Shown here one piece after another: positions 54,509-58,186 of a stretch of 58,186 nucleotides of DNA. Both the position numbers and the translations under genes were made by a program. How positions within the stretch are numbered: the stretch's first letter is position 1; every line of letters begins with the position of its first letter. Source of the DNA: Rhizomicrobium sp. (GTDB lineage: Bacteria; Pseudomonadota; Alphaproteobacteria; Micropepsales; Micropepsaceae); NCBI GenBank assembly GCA_035255625.1, contig DATEZM010000448.1:1-58186 (forward strand), given 5' to 3'. Below the pieces are notes generated by a model. The model was not told the DNA's origin, did no database searches, and was given only the letters and a program-made list of their open reading frames with translations.

Positions 54509-56410
54509 ATGAAAGCGACAAGAATCATCGCGCTCGCATTGCTGGCGGGCGCATGCGCCGGAACGCTCGCGCTGGCGAAACCGTCGGCCACGCCCGCAAC
54601 CCCGACTGCGCCTGTCGATCCCGCTTATATGTGGGATCTCGGCGATCTGTATGCCTCGCCTGAGGCCTGGACCACCGAACATGATCGCGTGAAGGCCGTT
54701 ACCGAGGGCTTCGACAAATACAAGGGCACGTTGGGCAAAAGCGCCAACGACATGCTTGCAGCGCTCAGTGCCTTCTCCGACGCCCAGCGCACGCTCGCAC
54801 GCCTCACCACCTATGCCGGTCTCAAGGCCGACGAGGACGTCCGGATCGCCGAGAACCAGGAGCGCCAGCAGCTCGCTGCATCGCTGGGCACGCTGTATAA
54901 CGAGAAGACGGCATGGGTGACGCCGGAAATTCTCGCGGTCGGCGCCGACAAGGTACGCGCGTTTGAAGCAGCCGAGCCCGAGTTGGCGCGCCGCTTCTCC
55001 TTCTATCTCGGCAACACGTTGCGCCAGGCGCCGCATACGTTGTCAAACGAGTCCGAAGCGGTGCTGGCCTCGGCTGGCGACGTGCTGGCGCAGCCCGACG
55101 CCATCTATAGCGTGCTCGCGAACGCCGAGCTGCCGTTCCCGACTGTGAAGCTGTCCGACGGCCAGACCGTGACCATTGGACAAGGAACCTATTCCAAGTA
55201 CCGCCAAGCGGCCAACCGCGATGACCGCAAGAAGGTGTTCGATGCCTTCTGGGGCATGTGGAAGAAGTATGAGGGTACGCTGGGCGCCACGCTCACGACG
55301 CAGGTCATGGGCGAAGTCTTCAACGCAAAGGTTCGCCACTATCCGAATTCGCTGGCGGCGGCTGTGTTCGCCGACAATATGCCCGAAGCGGTCTACCGCC
55401 AGCTTGTGTCGCAGGCAAACGCCGGCCTCCCGACGATGTATCGCTACCTGAGGCTGCGCAAAAAACTGCTCGGCATCCAGGGCGACCTCGCCTACTACGA
55501 TATCTATCCGACGATGTTCAAAATGGAGAACCCGCCGCACTTCACGATCGCGGACGCGGAGCGCATCGGGCTTGCGGTCGACTCCGCCTATGGTCCGGAA
55601 TATATCGCCAAGCTGAAAGACGCATTCGCGCATCGCTGGATGGACGTTCTGCCGCGCGAGGGCAAGGCCGGTGGCGCCTATATGTCAGGTTCGGCCTACG
55701 ACGTTCATCCGTACCTCCATCTCAACTACAACAGCGACTATGAGGCGCTTTCGCAGTTCATCCACGAATGGGGACATGGCGTTCACACCATGCTGACGCA
55801 TGACGCGCAGCCCTTCGAGAATTCGAACTATTCGACGTTCACTGCCGAGACCGCGTCGATCACCAACGAGATGCTGCTTAACGACTACATGGTCGCCCAC
55901 GCGCAGAACAACCAGGAGAAGCTCTACTATCTCGGCGAGGCGCTGGAGCTCATGCGTGGCACATTCTTCCGCCAGACCATGTTTGCCGAGTTCCAGCTCG
56001 CGCTGCATGAAGAGGTGGAAGCCGGCCGCGCGCTCTCCGGCAAACGGATGTCCGAGATCTATTGCGGCCTGCTCAAGAAGTACCACGGCGACGCGCAGGG
56101 CGTGATGAAGATCGATCCGGCCTATTGCACGGAGTGGGAATTCATCCCGCACTTCTATTACGGCTTCTATGTCTGGCAATACGCGACCTCGATGGCGGGT
56201 GCGGCGAGTTTCGCCGATGCGATCGAGCATGAGGGCAAGCCTGCGCAGGAACGCTTCATCGCGCTGTTGAAGGCGGGCGGCTCGGATTATCCCTACAACA
56301 TCTACAAGAAGGCCGGTCTCGACATGGCGACGCCGGCGCCCTACCAGGCGCTGCTTGCCCGCATGAATCGCACCATGGATCAGATCGACGCGCTGGAGGC
56401 GAAACACTAG
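54509..56410 (+). CDS. M3B oligoendopeptidase F-like, with signal peptide
   Basis: WDLGDLY, GKAGGAY, HPYLHLN, HEWGH, AETAS, FRQTMFAEFQ, IPHFY. Confidence 0.92.
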   Translation: MKATRIIALALLAGACAGTLALAKPSATPATPTAPVDPAYMWDLGDLYASPEAWTTEHDRVKAVTEGFDKYKGTLGKSANDMLAALSAFSDAQRTLARLTTYAGLKADEDVRIAENQERQQLAASLGTLYNEKTAWVTPEILAVGADKVRAFEAAEPELARRFSFYLGNTLRQAPHTLSNESEAVLASAGDVLAQPDAIYSVLANAELPFPTVKLSDGQTVTIGQGTYSKYRQAANRDDRKKVFDAFWGMWKKYEGTLGATLTTQVMGEVFNAKVRHYPNSLAAAVFADNMPEAVYRQLVSQANAGLPTMYRYLRLRKKLLGIQGDLAYYDIYPTMFKMENPPHFTIADAERIGLAVDSAYGPEYIAKLKDAFAHRWMDVLPREGKAGGAYMSGSAYDVHPYLHLNYNSDYEALSQFIHEWGHGVHTMLTHDAQPFENSNYSTFTAETASITNEMLLNDYMVAHAQNNQEKLYYLGEALELMRGTFFRQTMFAEFQLALHEEVEAGRALSGKRMSEIYCGLLKKYHGDAQGVMKIDPAYCTEWEFIPHFYYGFYVWQYATSMAGAASFADAIEHEGKPAQERFIALLKAGGSDYPYNIYKKAGLDMATPAPYQALLARMNRTMDQIDALEAKH

Positions 56411-56418
56411 GCCGCAGC

Positions 56419-57132
56419 CTATTTGAGCTCGAACACCACGCTGACATCGGCCGTCACCGTCATTTCTCCAGCTGCGGTCGGTGTCGGCGCTCCTGCCAGG
56501 CCTTCGAACTTCATCATGCGCATGTTCGGTCTCGGTGCATCGCCGCCGGTCTCCTGGATCGAAACGACGGAACCTAGGCCGACGCCGCCGGCGCGGGCAT
56601 AAGTCTGGGCGCGGTTCTGCGTATCTGCCATTGCGGCCGCGCGGGCCTTGGCTTGCAGTGCGGCCGGATCGGAGATGTCGAAGCCGACGGAATTGATCTG
56701 GTTGGCGCCCGCCGCCACCAACGTGTCGAGCGCGCCGCCGAGCTTCTTGGTGTCGTCGAGCGTCACGTCAACTTCGTTCGACACCTGATAGCCGGTAATG
56801 CGTGGCGCTCCTTTGCCGCGCGTTGTGTCGGCATATTGCGGCTGAACAGAGAAGTTCGATGTCTGGATCGCACGGTCCGCTATGCCGAGCCGTTTGAGCG
56901 CATCGAACACCGCGGTCATCTTGCGCGCATTGTCTGCAAGCGCTGCGTTCGCAGTCGGTCCAACGGCTGAAACTCCGGCGCTCAATTCCGCGCGGTCCGG
57001 CACGCCACGCGCTTCGCCCTGACCATTCACGGTGATGGTGCGCGTCGGATCAGCGGCCATAGCGGGCAACGCTGCCGTGGTGGCAGCGACGGTCCCGCAT
57101 AGCAGAAGGACGAAGAGCTTCGGGTGGTTCAT
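56419..57132 (-). CDS. SIMPL (DUF541) periplasmic protein
   Basis: ITVNGQGE..GVPD, IQTSNFSVQPQY, GYQVSN, AGANQI. Confidence 0.92.
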   Translation of the reverse strand: MNHPKLFVLLLCGTVAATTAALPAMAADPTRTITVNGQGEARGVPDRAELSAGVSAVGPTANAALADNARKMTAVFDALKRLGIADRAIQTSNFSVQPQYADTTRGKGAPRITGYQVSNEVDVTLDDTKKLGGALDTLVAAGANQINSVGFDISDPAALQAKARAAAMADTQNRAQTYARAGGVGLGSVVSIQETGGDAPRPNMRMMKFEGLAGAPTPTAAGEMTVTADVSVVFELK

Positions 57133-57282
57133 GTCGGCAGTCCTTTTCAAAATGCGTTGCGAACGTTCGATGTTGCGTGAGGCCGAATTGCGGCCAGCCG
57201 GCAGCGAATCGTTGGACGTTCGACACAAGGTCGCGAGCCGCCCGTTTCGGCGGCGCCTTTTTCCTGCTATTGGCGGCAATTG

Positions 57283-57359
57283 GGGCCTGTAGCTCAGTTG
57301 GTTAGAGCTGACCGCTCATAACGGTTAGGTCGCAGGTTCGAGTCCTGCCGGGCCCACCA
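57283..57359 (+). tRNA. tRNA with CAT anticodon, most likely tRNA-Ile2 (lysidine type) rather than Met
   Basis: GGGCCTGTAGCTCAGTTGGTTAGAGCTGACCGCTCATAACGGTTAGGTCGCAGGTTCGAGTCCTGCCGGGCCCACCA; paired G1-C72 excludes fMet; C4 and C5 in the acceptor stem fit TilS substrates. Confidence 0.9.
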
Positions 57360-57747
57360 GCCTTCACGCGCTTCGCGAGCTGCGACTCGGCAAGCCAAAC
57401 GCGAGCACGCGCCAATTTCAGTCGGCTCGCGTCTGCTTACACTTGTGGGGATGTGGGGCATTTGGTGCGTAGACCGACTCGGTTCAAGGGGCTGCCGAAA
57501 ATATTTTTCGCGGGCGTCGGAGGGGTACTTATCCAACAGCGGACATCGCGAAAAGCCGCATAGCGCGCGGAAATTTCACTTTTGCTGCGTGGATAAGTTT
57601 TCTCGCTGCACTGCCGCGAACGATATTATATTTCAACGAAAATATTTTCTGCGGCGCACGAGGCAAGTGGCACGCTCGTTTGCCACCGCGGTGGTAGCTA
57701 TCTAGTCCGCCACTGACGTCGGCCGCTCGCTGCGTTTGCGCAACCAA

Positions 57748-57761
57748 TTGACTTCGATCAA
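57748..57761. promoter_or_regulatory. FNR/FixK-like box
   Basis: TTGAC-TTCG-ATCAA, one mismatch to TTGAT-N4-ATCAA, ~55 bp before GTG 57816. Confidence 0.65.
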
Positions 57762-57815
57762 ACGGGGATCGTGCGCGTAGTCGTACGATTTTGACGCGAA
57801 TAGGGAGTGGCTGTC

Positions 57816-58186
57816 GTGTCAATACGCAGGACTTTTGCGTGCTTTGTCACACTGGTGCTTGGCGGCGCCATGGCATCGCCTGCCGAGGCCGTTCCCGCTT
57901 TCGCGGAGCAGACCGGCCAGCCGTGTAGTGCTTGTCATGTCGGTGCGTTCGGGCCACAGCTCACACCGTTCGGCCGTGCATTCAAAATGGGCGGATACAC
58001 GATGCGCGCAAGTACTGGCTTTACCAATCCCCTGTCGGCGATGGCAATCGCCTCATTTGTCAATTCGGCGAAGGACCAATCCGCGCCGCCAGCGCCACAC
58101 TACGACGTCAACAACAATGCCACCATTGACCAGATCAGCGTGTTCGTTGCCGGCGGCATTGACGACAACTTCGGTGGCTTCGCGCA
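57816..58186 (+). CDS. Cyc2-like monoheme cytochrome c/porin fusion, N-terminal part (3'-truncated by window edge)
   Basis: Not in the ORF track. GGGAG RBS, signal peptide ending AEA, then VPAFAEQTGQPCSACHVGAFGPQLTPFGRAFKMGGY (CxxCH). Confidence 0.85.
   Translation, partial: MSIRRTFACFVTLVLGGAMASPAEAVPAFAEQTGQPCSACHVGAFGPQLTPFGRAFKMGGYTMRASTGFTNPLSAMAIASFVNSAKDQSAPPAPHYDVNNNATIDQISVFVAGGIDDNFGGFA

Noticed and set aside
57360-57412. Palindromic GC-rich stretch after tRNA-Ile2 as an att site of another island
   Set aside because: No second copy of the tRNA 3' end and no integrase nearby; more likely a terminator or tRNA-associated repeat
57527-57598. DnaA boxes/oriC
   Set aside because: Only two imperfect TTATCCA matches and no oriC-type gene context; reported as an inverted repeat instead
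1-58186. CRISPR array, rRNA, IS transposase or retron/reverse transcriptase
   Set aside because: No regularly spaced repeats, rRNA-like sequence, DDE transposase or YxDD RT ORF seen

Overview
GC-rich alphaproteobacterial-type chromosome. The host backbone on the left holds an OmpR/sensor kinase pair, glnE, EamA, an RsmC-like MTase and DUF488. On the right it holds DUF1800/DUF1501, a crotonase, thioredoxin, dcp, a pepF-like peptidase, SIMPL, tRNA-Ile2(CAT) and the 5' part of a Cyc2-like cytochrome-porin gene. Between them is a ~40.8 kb genomic island integrated in tRNA-Gly(GCC), bounded by a perfect 52-bp direct repeat (7347-7398 / 48161-48212). The island has four modules. (1) A satellite/PICI-like core: tyrosine integrase, AlpA and primase-VapE helicase, with candidate arm sites and ori. 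(2) A TetR-linked catabolic cluster of unknown substrate: TonB receptor, twin atypical cupins, two crotonases, amidohydrolase, MFS, ABM, CMD and a paired acyl-CoA dehydrogenase. Its divergent promoters all carry one 21-bp operator motif. (3) A patchwork of small, probably defence-related genes: TIR protein, tandem membrane paralogs between a dif-like site and an integrase remnant, and three restriction-fold orphans. (4) A class I DISARM locus that lacks drmC. It instead carries a DUF3883 nuclease and an XRE-ImmA/IrrE peptidase + PIN toxin pair, which has its own operator and is translationally coupled to drmA-drmB. Module 4 is the best candidate for an undescribed system. All family calls come from motif recognition by eye; no searches were run.
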